64,000 nucleotides of DNA from Candidatus Avilachnospira sp. (GCA_045580485.1 JAZNNW010000129.1:723-64722); one strand, 5' to 3'; counted from the stretch's first letter, positions 47,386 to 55,960 are shown. Numbers and translations: made by a program. Notes: generated from the sequence alone by a model not told the origin.

Positions 47386-47580
47386 ATGTCTTCGGAAGCT
47401 CATAGAAAAGCTGTGGCAAAATTTCAGGCCACAAAGGCACGGGTCAATATCTGGATGTCCCCGGAAGGGAAAGAGAAGCTAACGGCTCACGCCGGAACAA
47501 CACCGGAGAAGTCTGTGCAAAAATATTTACTGCGCCTGATCAAAGAGGACGCAGGGATTGACTGTGATCCAAAAGAGTAA
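47386..47580 (+). CDS. Small hypothetical protein (64 aa), possibly ribbon-helix-helix-like
   Basis: ATG 47386 after GAGGTGG; basic N-terminus HRKAVAKFQATKARVNIWMSPEG. Confidence 0.45.
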   Translation: MSSEAHRKAVAKFQATKARVNIWMSPEGKEKLTAHAGTTPEKSVQKYLLRLIKEDAGIDCDPKE

Positions 47581-47721
47581 CGCACATATGGACAGAAAAG
47601 ATCGAGGGCGAAATTACCCTCGATCATTGTCTTTTGTATCTCAAAAAATAGGTTTCAAAAAGTGCTCAAAAACCCGCATTGTTTCGTTGTAAAAAGTAGA
47701 TTAACAAGCACTGGGTGTATA

Positions 47722-47830
47722 GTGTCATCCAACTATGACACAATCCACCCGTTTTAGGGGTCTCCTACCCCTATTACCCCGCCTCCATAAAAACAGCTGT
47801 TCTTAGTGGAGTTGCGTGTGATACACGCAA
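47722..47830 (+). other. oriT-like inverted repeats upstream of the MobC-like gene
   Basis: GTGTCAT-6 nt-ATGACAC (47722-41) and TTGCGTGT-gat-ACACGCAA (47812-30). Confidence 0.35.
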
Positions 47831-47892
47831 TCGGTTACACCTCAAGGATTGGTGGTTCCACCCCCCAAAACCCTCAAAAAGGAGAATGAAAT

Positions 47893-48714
47893 ATGCCGAG
47901 AAAAAAGAAAAAAACATCTTCTGAAACAAGAGCAGTAGAGATTTTTGCACTTAGATTCCCTCTCTCCAATAGCGTTTATGTGGGTCGTTCCACATGTAGA
48001 AAGCACTGGGATCTTTACGATTATTACTACAAAGGAAGGAATATAACGACGAAAAAAGCGGTAGAACAGCACATTGCAAAGGATGTATACCCTCAATTAT
48101 TCATTCTGGATACGGTGGAAAAAACAAAATATGCTGCGTATCAAGAGCGTCTTGCATGGTATAAATACTTTATACAGCATGGTTTTTCTGTTGAATGTGA
48201 GCCTTCAACAAAGGATATTCTTTCTGATTTTGACGGAAAAGCAGAGGAAATTTATCAGAAAATTAAAGATTTTCCACTTGATTCGATTATTGCGCCGGAG
48301 AAAGATGTCGCTGCTGGATATAGAAGAAAAAAGCCTGACCAAACAGTTCCAAAAGAAAATCCGAGGTATAATGTCAGATTTACAGCCAAAGAGTATGAGA
48401 TTGTTAAAGCCAAAGCAGCAGAATTCGGAATGTCGATTAATGATTTTTTGGTTTCATCGGCAATAAAATCTATTATTAACAGAATAGAGTTTGATGTCTA
48501 TCCGATTATAGAATGTACGAATAAAATAGACCAGATCAGCTGTAAATTGGATGGTTTAATCAGTACAATCATTCTATCTAGGGTGTATTTTCCTGCTGAT
48601 ATTGCAGAAATAAAGGATATTGAAAATAAGCTTATCGAGACAATCGATGGCCTTAAAGGTTACTTAATAGATGAGGTGTACGATATTGAACGCAAGGTGA
48701 ATAGGTACAGGTAA
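47893..48714 (+). CDS. MobC-like relaxosome accessory protein with a GIY-YIG-like N-terminal region
   Basis: RHH segment VRFTAKEYEIVKAKAAEFGMSINDFL. The N-terminal FALRF..SVYVGRS...AAYQERLAWYKYF resembles GIY-YIG, but only weakly. Confidence 0.55.
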   Translation: MPRKKKKTSSETRAVEIFALRFPLSNSVYVGRSTCRKHWDLYDYYYKGRNITTKKAVEQHIAKDVYPQLFILDTVEKTKYAAYQERLAWYKYFIQHGFSVECEPSTKDILSDFDGKAEEIYQKIKDFPLDSIIAPEKDVAAGYRRKKPDQTVPKENPRYNVRFTAKEYEIVKAKAAEFGMSINDFLVSSAIKSIINRIEFDVYPIIECTNKIDQISCKLDGLISTIILSRVYFPADIAEIKDIENKLIETIDGLKGYLIDEVYDIERKVNRYR

Positions 48715-48981
48715 ACTAATGGAACCCCCAATTTGTTTCCTCGCGATGAGATTGTAGAAGCAAACAAAAATAAGAAAATTTCGCAGATATTGCATGCGGT
48801 AATCATTAAAGATTTGGATTAATAACTTTACACCCGGGTTCCGCAGGGAACCGGGGTGTTTGTTTGAAAAAAGAGTTTGCTGACTGTCGGCAATATTTTG
48901 GAATAACAGATGATATAATTGTTTGATATTTTGCCGATAAAGTGATATAATGAATGTAAGAACTTTTGCCGGGAGGTAGTT

Positions 48982-49869
48982 ATGGAGTACGTATCTGTTG
49001 CCAAAATGGCAGAAATCTGGGAGATTTCCGAACGAAGTGTGCGAAATTATTGTGCCAATGGCAGGATTGATGGAGCAAAGATTATCGGCAAGACTTGGTA
49101 CATTCCGGAGACGGCACAGAAGCCGGAGCGGGTAAATAAGAAAAAGAGTACAGTGACTTTGCTGCAGATCCTTCGGGAACAGAAAGCTGCCAAAATGACC
49201 GGTGGGATTTATCATAAGGTGCAGATCGATCTGACATACAACTCCAATCATATGGAAGGTAGTCGGCTGACGCACGATCAGACTCGGTACATCTTTGAAA
49301 CGAACACCATTGGTTTTGAGAACGAAGCGGTGAATGTGGATGATGTGATCGAAACGGCTAATCACTTCCGCTGCATCGATATGGTGATCGACCAGGCAGG
49401 AAATATGCTGACGGAGAAATTCATCAAGGAGTTGCATGGAACCTTAAAGACGGGTACCAGCGATAGCCGCAAGGATTGGTTTGCAGTAGGCGAATATAAG
49501 AAGTTCCCCAATGAAGTAGGGGGAAGGGTCACTGCGTTACCTGAAAATGTAGCATTCGAAATGCGAAATCTGTTGGGGAACTATAATTCCCTAACGACCA
49601 AGACTTTTGAAGACATTGTAGCCTTCCATGTGGCCTTTGAACGCATCCATCCCTTCCAGGACGGAAATGGCCGCGTGGGCCGTCTGATCCTCTTCAAGGA
49701 ATGTCTGAAGCACAATATCGTGCCGTTTATCATTGAAGATGATCTGAAGCTGTTTTACTACCGTGGTCTGAAGGAATGGGACAACGAAAAGGGCTTCCTT
49801 ATGGATACCTGCCTCACCGCCCAAGACCGCTTCAAGGCATATCTGGACTATTTCAGAATTGCATATTGA
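48982..49869 (+). CDS. Fic/DOC family protein with N-terminal HTH and an internal inhibitory motif
   Basis: Canonical HPFQDGNGRVGR; SNHMEG matches the (S/T)xxxE(G/N) inhibitory helix; N-terminal MerR/Xis-like HTH (VAKMAEIWEISERSVRNY). Confidence 0.88.
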   Translation: MEYVSVAKMAEIWEISERSVRNYCANGRIDGAKIIGKTWYIPETAQKPERVNKKKSTVTLLQILREQKAAKMTGGIYHKVQIDLTYNSNHMEGSRLTHDQTRYIFETNTIGFENEAVNVDDVIETANHFRCIDMVIDQAGNMLTEKFIKELHGTLKTGTSDSRKDWFAVGEYKKFPNEVGGRVTALPENVAFEMRNLLGNYNSLTTKTFEDIVAFHVAFERIHPFQDGNGRVGRLILFKECLKHNIVPFIIEDDLKLFYYRGLKEWDNEKGFLMDTCLTAQDRFKAYLDYFRIAY

Positions 49870-49875
49870 TATAAA

Positions 49876-49915
49876 AGCCCCCGGAAACTGACTAGTATTG
49901 TAGTTTCCGGGGCTT
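49876..49915 (+). terminator. Terminator after fic
   Basis: AGCCCCCGGAAACT...AGTTTCCGGGGCT stem with one bulged C. Confidence 0.6.
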
Positions 49916-49953
49916 GTGCTCATGTGACGCTTTCGCTAACTTCCTACAGGGCG

Positions 49954-50240
49954 TAGGAATGAATGGTGGAGCTGAGGCGTTGATGCTCATTATAGCAAAA
50001 AAGCAAAGATGACGGGACTGGCTAAAATGGCTATAACACCCGACATGATAAGGAAATCCATCGTGCTATTTTTACTGTCCAAAACTGATTTTAGAGGGGT
50101 AAGGGAGGATCATATGAGCAATCGTCCTATCGCCAACACTCAAAATCAGCCCTCTGGATGCCAAAATCTGTTGCTAAAATGGACATTAATCATATACGCA
50201 CATGGGGGACTTGTTGCTAAAATGGGCAATAATGAGGTTC
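49954..50240 (+). repeat. Left copy of the imperfect direct repeat bracketing the WYL cassette
   Basis: Colinear without indels with 57380-57611. By hand count, the first 76 nt (from 49957 / 57383) match at 73 positions. The middle is diverged, and the 3' block TGTTGCTAAAATGGnCA is duplicated in this copy. Confidence 0.85.
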
Positions 50241-50333
50241 CGATCATGCCTGTACTATTTTTTGTGCATAGCATGTTGTATTCTTTTGGACATAGAACCA
50301 ATGAGTCATAAATACAGATGAGAAGGTGATTAT

Positions 50334-50933
50334 GTGGGTTGTATGGTCGAGGCACTGCGAAGCGGCTATCGGATGATAGTTGCATATCTTCGGAGCAACC
50401 GCAAATGGTGCTGGATGACGGTGCTCGCACTTGCAGAAATACTTGTATTCGCGTGTCTGCATACGGACGCTGATCATCATTATGAGATATATTTGGCGGA
50501 GACGATGGGGCAGTACGATGCGTTGCTGGGGCATATATTCTGGGAAAACCTCCGAACTGCCTTGATGACAGTGCTGATTGGCTCGATTCCGTTTGGTATT
50601 GGTATTTTATTTAACTCGTATTTCACATGTTCCGGGTTGGTTGCAACAGCGAAACTGCTGTTGCCCAGAGTCGGTGGGATGAGTCTTCTGCTGAGTGTTG
50701 CACCGCACGGCATTTTTGAAATTCCTGCGATCGTTTTTAGTTTCATACTTTCTGTGCTATGGAGCAGAGCGATCACTTTCGTACTGCTTCGGTTGCGCAG
50801 GGAAAAGTCAAAACTGAAAACAGATTGCAAGTTCCTGTTCCAGGCTGTTGTTTTTGTGTTGATTCCTCTGACTCTGGTTGCTGCCGTAACAGAGACATAC
50901 ATCTCTGCATTGGTTATTGAGATGATAATCTGA
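50334..50933 (+). CDS. SpoIIM/DUF95-like polytopic membrane protein
   Basis: About 5 TM helices with the signature-like APHGIFEIPAIVFSF. GTG start after AGAAGGTGA. Confidence 0.6.
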   Translation: MGCMVEALRSGYRMIVAYLRSNRKWCWMTVLALAEILVFACLHTDADHHYEIYLAETMGQYDALLGHIFWENLRTALMTVLIGSIPFGIGILFNSYFTCSGLVATAKLLLPRVGGMSLLLSVAPHGIFEIPAIVFSFILSVLWSRAITFVLLRLRREKSKLKTDCKFLFQAVVFVLIPLTLVAAVTETYISALVIEMII

Positions 50934-50956
50934 ATAGAAACCGGCTAAAACACGGC

Positions 50957-50992
50957 CATACACCCTGTACAAATGATTGTACAGGGTGTATG
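50957..50992. promoter_or_regulatory. Perfect 16-bp inverted repeat just upstream of the WYL gene (operator and/or terminator)
   Basis: CATACACCCTGTACAA atga TTGTACAGGGTGTATG, read directly; it ends 24 nt before the WYL ATG. Confidence 0.5.
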
Positions 50993-51015
50993 CTATTATT
51001 ATAGAAAAGGAGGCG

Positions 51016-51981
51016 ATGGCTATGCTGAGCACAAAGGCCAATACCATTTGCATTTTGGAAATTTTGAAGGAATTTTCCGACGAGCAGCACATCTTGACCA
51101 TGAGCGAGATCATTTCCAAAATGAATATCGTTTATGGCTTGAAACTGGATCGTCGAACGGTTTACAGCTCTGTGGCACTGCTGATCGATCTGGGTTATGA
51201 TATTTCTGTTTATGAAGAAAACGGTATCGGTTATTTCTTGCGAAAGCGGGAATTGGAACAATCGGAAGTGTTGCTGTTGACTGATGCGGTGTACTCTTTC
51301 CCGTTTTTGCCTGCCAAGCATTCTGAGCAGCTGATTGCAAAGTTGCAGACCTTCCTCAGTAAGCACCAGCGAAAGAAATACCGCCATCTGACCATTGTCC
51401 GGCAGGAGCATAAAACAGAAAACCGGCAGGTGTTTTTGAATGTGGAACTACTGGATGAAGCCATTTCGGAGAAAAAACAGGTCAGCTTTACTTATTTGGC
51501 CTACGGTGCTGATAAAAAACTCCACCCCAGACGGGAAAAACCTTATACAGTCAACCCCTATGGTATGGTGTATTTGAATGAGCACTATTATCTGGTCTGT
51601 AATCTCAGTAGCTATCCCAATACAAGTCTGTATCGCATCGATATGATGCAGAATTTGATCCAGTTGGACACGCCGTGGGACAGAGAACCCAGCGGAAAAG
51701 AGGAAGTCAGCAATGCGGTTTATGCATTTTCCGGTCAGCCGGAGCGGATTGTCCTGCGCTGCCAAGAAGGATTGATTGGAGATGTGATCGATCAGTTCGG
51801 AACGGAGATCTTTGTCGCACTGGATGGTGACGGCATGCTTTCTGTCAGTTTCAGCGCACCGCCCAGAGGAATCAAATATTGGGCTTTGCAGTATCTGTCC
51901 TATGTAGAAGTCCTTCAGCCCCAGTGGCTGCGAGAAGAGATCGTGGAAAGTGTCAAAAAATGCGTGTATAAATCCTTGTAG
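51016..51981 (+). CDS. WYL-domain transcriptional regulator (wHTH-WYL-C-terminal extension; BrxR/CapW-like architecture)
   Basis: wHTH ILEILKEFSDEQHILTMSEIISKM..LDRRTVYSSVALL; WYL-type strand YTVNPYGMVYLNEHYYLVCN. ATG 51016 after AAAGGAGG. Confidence 0.8.
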   Translation: MAMLSTKANTICILEILKEFSDEQHILTMSEIISKMNIVYGLKLDRRTVYSSVALLIDLGYDISVYEENGIGYFLRKRELEQSEVLLLTDAVYSFPFLPAKHSEQLIAKLQTFLSKHQRKKYRHLTIVRQEHKTENRQVFLNVELLDEAISEKKQVSFTYLAYGADKKLHPRREKPYTVNPYGMVYLNEHYYLVCNLSSYPNTSLYRIDMMQNLIQLDTPWDREPSGKEEVSNAVYAFSGQPERIVLRCQEGLIGDVIDQFGTEIFVALDGDGMLSVSFSAPPRGIKYWALQYLSYVEVLQPQWLREEIVESVKKCVYKSL

Positions 51982-51997
51982 ATAGGAGGGAAAGTGA

Positions 51998-52792
51998 ATG
52001 AAAGAAATAACGCTGAAAGAAACGATTGCCCAGTTAATTGAATCCAATCCAAACACAATCTTTCTGGTGGACGGAGATTCTTTGAGAGGCGATTGTTCAA
52101 AAATTAAGGGGTTCAATCGAGATAAATTTATTTTTGTGCGCGATTACATGGCGGTAGGAACAGCGGCGCCGGAGGTTCTTTCTCCCGAATTTATATCATT
52201 ACGAATAGAGTCACTTTGTGGTCCCTTTGGAAATAAGCTGTATTCAGAAAAAGCCTATGAGCAGGAATGTATCTCCGGACTAAGAAGTCTTGCCCATATG
52301 CCAGCTGCGGAGATTGTGCTGATCCAGTATGATTGTTATGTTTCTCGGATATGGCAGATGACCATGATGGCCTATATTGAACAATTGGGGTGCAGTAATT
52401 GCGTTAAAAGAATATTGTTTTATGATGGGGAGAGGACTTTTGGTGTCAGTCGAATGGATGACATCTCTGTGGAAGGTGCGCACGAAGCATATTGCCGGAT
52501 TGTATGTGAAAAAAAGATGATAGATCTGTCGCAGTATCTGATTTCAGAAGAAGCAGTTGCGTGCTATTTTGATATCAACTCTTCCGATGGGAAACTGCGG
52601 CAATACATCCGAGATGTGAGTTCCGGTTATGACAAGCATGCTTCGGCAACGGGTCAATTTTTATATGATTTTGCAGATTGGGGTTTGGGAGATGGGGAGT
52701 TTATACGAATTGCCTACCAGACACTTTCTGAGGATCCGCGATTTGAGGCCGTGGCGAAAAAGTGGAAAAAATCAATGAAACTATGGTATTAG
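51998..52792 (+). CDS. Hypothetical 264-aa protein
   Basis: AGGAGGG RBS, 16 nt after the WYL stop. The N-terminal TIFLVDGDS...FIFVRDY is faintly LabA/NYN (PIN-like)-like, which is too weak to call. Confidence 0.6.
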   Translation: MKEITLKETIAQLIESNPNTIFLVDGDSLRGDCSKIKGFNRDKFIFVRDYMAVGTAAPEVLSPEFISLRIESLCGPFGNKLYSEKAYEQECISGLRSLAHMPAAEIVLIQYDCYVSRIWQMTMMAYIEQLGCSNCVKRILFYDGERTFGVSRMDDISVEGAHEAYCRIVCEKKMIDLSQYLISEEAVACYFDINSSDGKLRQYIRDVSSGYDKHASATGQFLYDFADWGLGDGEFIRIAYQTLSEDPRFEAVAKKWKKSMKLWY

Positions 52793-52798
52793 AATTCT

Positions 52799-52876
52799 AT
52801 GCTGAGAGATGAGTTTGTTAAAAGTGTCAAAAATTGCGTGTATCATGAAAATACCACAAATAATAGGAAGGTGTAA
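52799..52876 (+). pseudogene. Remnant of the 3' end of a second WYL-regulator gene
   Basis: CTGAGAGATGAGTTTGTTAAAAGTGTCAAAAATTGCGTGTAT matches WYL gene 51928-51969 at 35 of 42 nt by hand count. Peptide LRDEFVKSVKNCVY compares with LREEIVESVKKCVY. Confidence 0.7.
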
Positions 52877-52878
52877 AT

Positions 52879-54000
52879 ATGGAAAAGAATAATCTGTTTC
52901 AATATGCAACAAAAGAGTTGTCGCAAGATGCCTTTTTCTGTTGGCTAATCAATTGGATTAATTATCCTGATGCTCCTATGTATCCTGCAGGAGTAGCGGC
53001 ACTAAATCTATTCCTTGGTAAGAATAAACAGAAGGATTATACTGACGTGGAAGTTTTACGCCAGTATAAGAAAATCGATGTGCTGGTTCTGTTCAACAAA
53101 AAGTATGCGTTGATAATTGAAGACAAAACCAATACAACGGAACATGGTGAGCAAATTGCTCGATACAAGAATCTTTTGCAAGAAGATTATCCTGACAGAG
53201 AAATCTTTACCGCTTATGTCAAAACTGGTATTATGTATGATGAAGATGCTAGAATTATCAATAAAGTAGATGCCGTTGTGACACTGAACGATTTACTCAA
53301 TACCTTTAATCCGATCAAAGAAGATGCAGCTTCTGAGATTTTCAGCGATTATTTAGAATATATTTCAACGATTGCTGAGGAACGGCGTAAAATTAATCGG
53401 CAGATTGAGACTGGCGAATACAGCCGCGCATTAGATACCTATTTTGGGCAGTTCTCTTTTATGGACCGGATTTTTGCGAATCGTACAAAAGGAACGGAAA
53501 TTGGAAAAACATATACCGTTGAGGATAAAAATCCTCCTGTGCTGATCGATCAAGTTTATGCCGGTACCAACAATGGTGGTACGCCGTGGATACAGTACTG
53601 CTTCTGGGGACAGGCTTACCCCGAACAGATCAAGCAAGTTGGGACTATTGAGTATCAATATTTGTTCTGGAGAATTGATTGCAATTGGGTTCGGAGAGAT
53701 AAGAGCGATCCTAATAGCGAATATGATCCGGAGTATTACATCGCATTGAGGCACTACGATGAAAACACCAAGGTGAACGACTACACTCGTCAGAGGAAAA
53801 AGACAGCATATTACACCTTCCGGAATATCTGCAAAGAAATTGAAAATGGGAATCCTGCCATTTTTAAGCCTATCGGAACACGAGAAAACTATAAAGAAAG
53901 TGACCTGTTGTTTATTCCGCTTAACCGGATTGAAACGATGACTTTCGACGAGGTGAAAAGACTTCTGACGGAAATCACAACTAAAATTTTAATGAATTGA
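52879..54000 (+). CDS. PD-(D/E)XK-like nuclease-fold protein (373 aa)
   Basis: N-terminal ELSQDAFFCW, then IDVLVLF..(7)..ALIIEDKT fits the D...ExK pattern. The large C-terminal domain is unknown. Confidence 0.6.
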   Translation: MEKNNLFQYATKELSQDAFFCWLINWINYPDAPMYPAGVAALNLFLGKNKQKDYTDVEVLRQYKKIDVLVLFNKKYALIIEDKTNTTEHGEQIARYKNLLQEDYPDREIFTAYVKTGIMYDEDARIINKVDAVVTLNDLLNTFNPIKEDAASEIFSDYLEYISTIAEERRKINRQIETGEYSRALDTYFGQFSFMDRIFANRTKGTEIGKTYTVEDKNPPVLIDQVYAGTNNGGTPWIQYCFWGQAYPEQIKQVGTIEYQYLFWRIDCNWVRRDKSDPNSEYDPEYYIALRHYDENTKVNDYTRQRKKTAYYTFRNICKEIENGNPAIFKPIGTRENYKESDLLFIPLNRIETMTFDEVKRLLTEITTKILMN

Positions 54001-54005
54001 TGAAG

Positions 54006-54033
54006 CCCCCTGTGCAGAGATTTGCACAGGGGG
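54006..54033 (+). terminator. Hairpin CCCCCTGTGCA-gagatt-TGCACAGGGGG (copy 1)
   Basis: 11-bp stem followed by tgcTTTT; the identical stem-loop recurs at 55686-55715. Confidence 0.7.
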
Positions 54034-54080
54034 TGCTTTTATGATAGTTGTAGCCGATTAAACAAAAGGGGGCCTCTATC

Positions 54081-55679
54081 ATGCAGGAAGCGGTCAGCCG
54101 CATGGAAGTTACATCTAAATATCAAATAAGACATCACTCTGTATCTATGGATGCTGATGAAGCATTGGAGTTTATGCGTTCCGATTTCTTGGGCTTATAT
54201 ACAACTGCTCGCAGAGAAGAGGACGGCTCTATAGCGCTTCAGGTAACCTCTTTGATCTGCCCCTATTGTGGGAGTAAGGAACAGTTAAAGGCATCGGGAA
54301 AGATTACCAATGAACATCTGGAACTTATGGAAAAATGGGCAGATCCGCAGCTTATCATGCCGGATGATATTCCGAAAGAAATCATCTTTCTGAATACGGA
54401 TATTGAAGAATTCCGATGCCCTCACTGTGGCGTTTCTTCCGGTAGAAAGGATAATCGCACAACCATTTCCGTAATTAGGAGAAAGAAATCCGTTCTGCTC
54501 AGATGTGAAGTCCATGATCTGTCAAGAATTCTTACGCTCCCCCATATGCCGGAACAGACTTTTTCGCTGAAATTACCGCTATACGAGCAGTTGGAATTTA
54601 ACATTGGAAAGGGCAGGGTGTGCGTTCGGATATCAGATGACGAGGGGAATGTTTTGAGAACACAGGATGTTACAAATTCTCCAAGGTGGTTATCCAAAAC
54701 CGCACTTTCTGAGTGGTTTGATAAAAGTGCGGAACTTCGGGGGATAATTCTTGCGGAGTTTCAAACGGCATCAAAAGAAGTAGTCCCCTTCAACCTGTAT
54801 AACATTACGCTGGAAGACCTTTTGTTCTTTACGCGATTCATTGGCTATGAACAGTCATTTTATGATGCCATACCCTACGAACTGGATACCCACAAGCTAG
54901 ATGATTCTTTTGCATGTTTGCAGGAACTCCATACGAAAAAGTCTGCCATTGCGTATTTGCGGTCTTTTTCGTTGGCAAAATTCAAATCGATAAGAAAACA
55001 AATTCTGGAAAGTCCTGGACTGTTGTTTTATTTGCCCCAGTGCGAGCTGCTGTTGCAGGCCTTTGGCGATGTGAATCTTTTTAGGAATATTTTAACTGGC
55101 AATAATATATTTTATATTTTATCGGCACTGAAGCAGAGCCCTGTGCTTGCAGAGTTTCTGCTGGATTATTGCAAAGTGATGGGTGCGGCGGCTCTTTGCA
55201 AGAGCGTTATGAGTGAATGGTATTGGTCGAGACAATACGGGGCGCACTACTGCTCTCTGAACGCCGAAGCAAGGCGAGTGGAACAGTATAAATGGAGGCA
55301 TGAAAGGAATTGCATCGAAGATTACGAAGTTTATCCCTATTCTTTGCCGCAAAGGTGTAAACCGCCTAAGGATGTGTCTTGTGTAATTGATGGCTTTACG
55401 TTTCTGCTGTTGGGCAATACTGCAGCATGCCGGCGTGCAGGGAGAGAATTGCATAATTGTTTACAGCGTGTGACTTATGAATCGTCGGTGATTATTGCGG
55501 TTTGCTGCGGAAAAGTGACCGTAGCCGCGATCGATGTTTTCCAAAATGAGATCAGGCAGGCTTATACATTTCATAATGGATGTATACGGAGCATAGACGG
55601 ATTGGAGCCTGCAATTGCCAAATGGGCAGAAAGAAATTCTCTGAGCTTTTGTTCAAAAGATTTTACCGAGGATTGGTAA
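54081..55679 (+). CDS. Zinc-ribbon + PcfJ-like domain protein (532 aa)
   Basis: CPYCG ... CPHCG pairs in the N-terminal part. The C-terminal AGRELHNCLQRVTYESSVIIAVCCGKVTVAAIDVFQNEIRQAYTFHNG resembles the PcfJ-like core (E..HC...Y...I...N). Confidence 0.6.
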   Translation: MQEAVSRMEVTSKYQIRHHSVSMDADEALEFMRSDFLGLYTTARREEDGSIALQVTSLICPYCGSKEQLKASGKITNEHLELMEKWADPQLIMPDDIPKEIIFLNTDIEEFRCPHCGVSSGRKDNRTTISVIRRKKSVLLRCEVHDLSRILTLPHMPEQTFSLKLPLYEQLEFNIGKGRVCVRISDDEGNVLRTQDVTNSPRWLSKTALSEWFDKSAELRGIILAEFQTASKEVVPFNLYNITLEDLLFFTRFIGYEQSFYDAIPYELDTHKLDDSFACLQELHTKKSAIAYLRSFSLAKFKSIRKQILESPGLLFYLPQCELLLQAFGDVNLFRNILTGNNIFYILSALKQSPVLAEFLLDYCKVMGAAALCKSVMSEWYWSRQYGAHYCSLNAEARRVEQYKWRHERNCIEDYEVYPYSLPQRCKPPKDVSCVIDGFTFLLLGNTAACRRAGRELHNCLQRVTYESSVIIAVCCGKVTVAAIDVFQNEIRQAYTFHNGCIRSIDGLEPAIAKWAERNSLSFCSKDFTEDW

Positions 55680-55685
55680 GGTATG

Positions 55686-55715
55686 CCCCCCTGTGCAGAG
55701 ATTTGCACAGGGGGG
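55686..55715 (+). terminator. Hairpin CCCCCCTGTGCA-gagatt-TGCACAGGGGGG (copy 2)
   Basis: Same stem-loop as 54006-54033, directly after the PcfJ-like stop. Confidence 0.65.
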
Positions 55716-55775
55716 TGTGTTATTTATATAAAGGGAAACGTAGATGAAATCCGAATTATATATGAGGTGATTTGT

Positions 55776-55910
55776 ATGAGCGATGGTAAGAAAGTTCTTT
55801 TGATTGTGGGTGCGGTTGTAATTGTTGCGGTGATTGTTTTGTCGATGATATTTGGCTCTGCGGTCTTTGACATTTTTGTTGCGGCGGTCACTTTGGTACA
55901 GTTTGTATAG
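55776..55910 (+). CDS. 44-aa single-pass membrane peptide
   Basis: MSDGKKVLLIVGAVVIVAVIVLSMIFGSAVFDIFVAAVTLVQFV; GAGGTGA RBS 5 nt upstream. Confidence 0.45.
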   Translation: MSDGKKVLLIVGAVVIVAVIVLSMIFGSAVFDIFVAAVTLVQFV

Positions 55911-55960
55911 AAAATATGCTCCATTGCGCCTGAAATCACGATCAGAAATGAAACAAACAG

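Larger units (their letters stand above)
44330..49953. mobile_element. Integrative mobilizable-like element B; ends not resolved
   Basis: Second int/xis pair, 11-mer arm repeats, HTH-DUF3883-HTH regulator candidate, oriT-like hairpins, MobC-like protein and Fic. No relaxase or T4SS is present, and I found no flanking direct repeat. Confidence 0.5.

Noticed and set aside
49962-49980. TGGTGGAGCTGAGG at the start of both flanking repeats, which could be the 3' end of a minus-strand tRNA gene.
   Set aside because: No T-arm (GGTTCGAATCC-type) or rest of a cloverleaf follows in either copy. At most it is a fossil of an att site derived from a tRNA/tmRNA 3' end.
50009-50311. 100-aa ORF in the left flanking repeat, with its counterpart on the minus strand of the right repeat (57406-57612).
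   Set aside because: The right-hand copy of the same frame has an in-frame TAA at 57507-09, and most substitutions between the copies change amino acids. I treat the sequence as non-coding repeat/RNA/att DNA.
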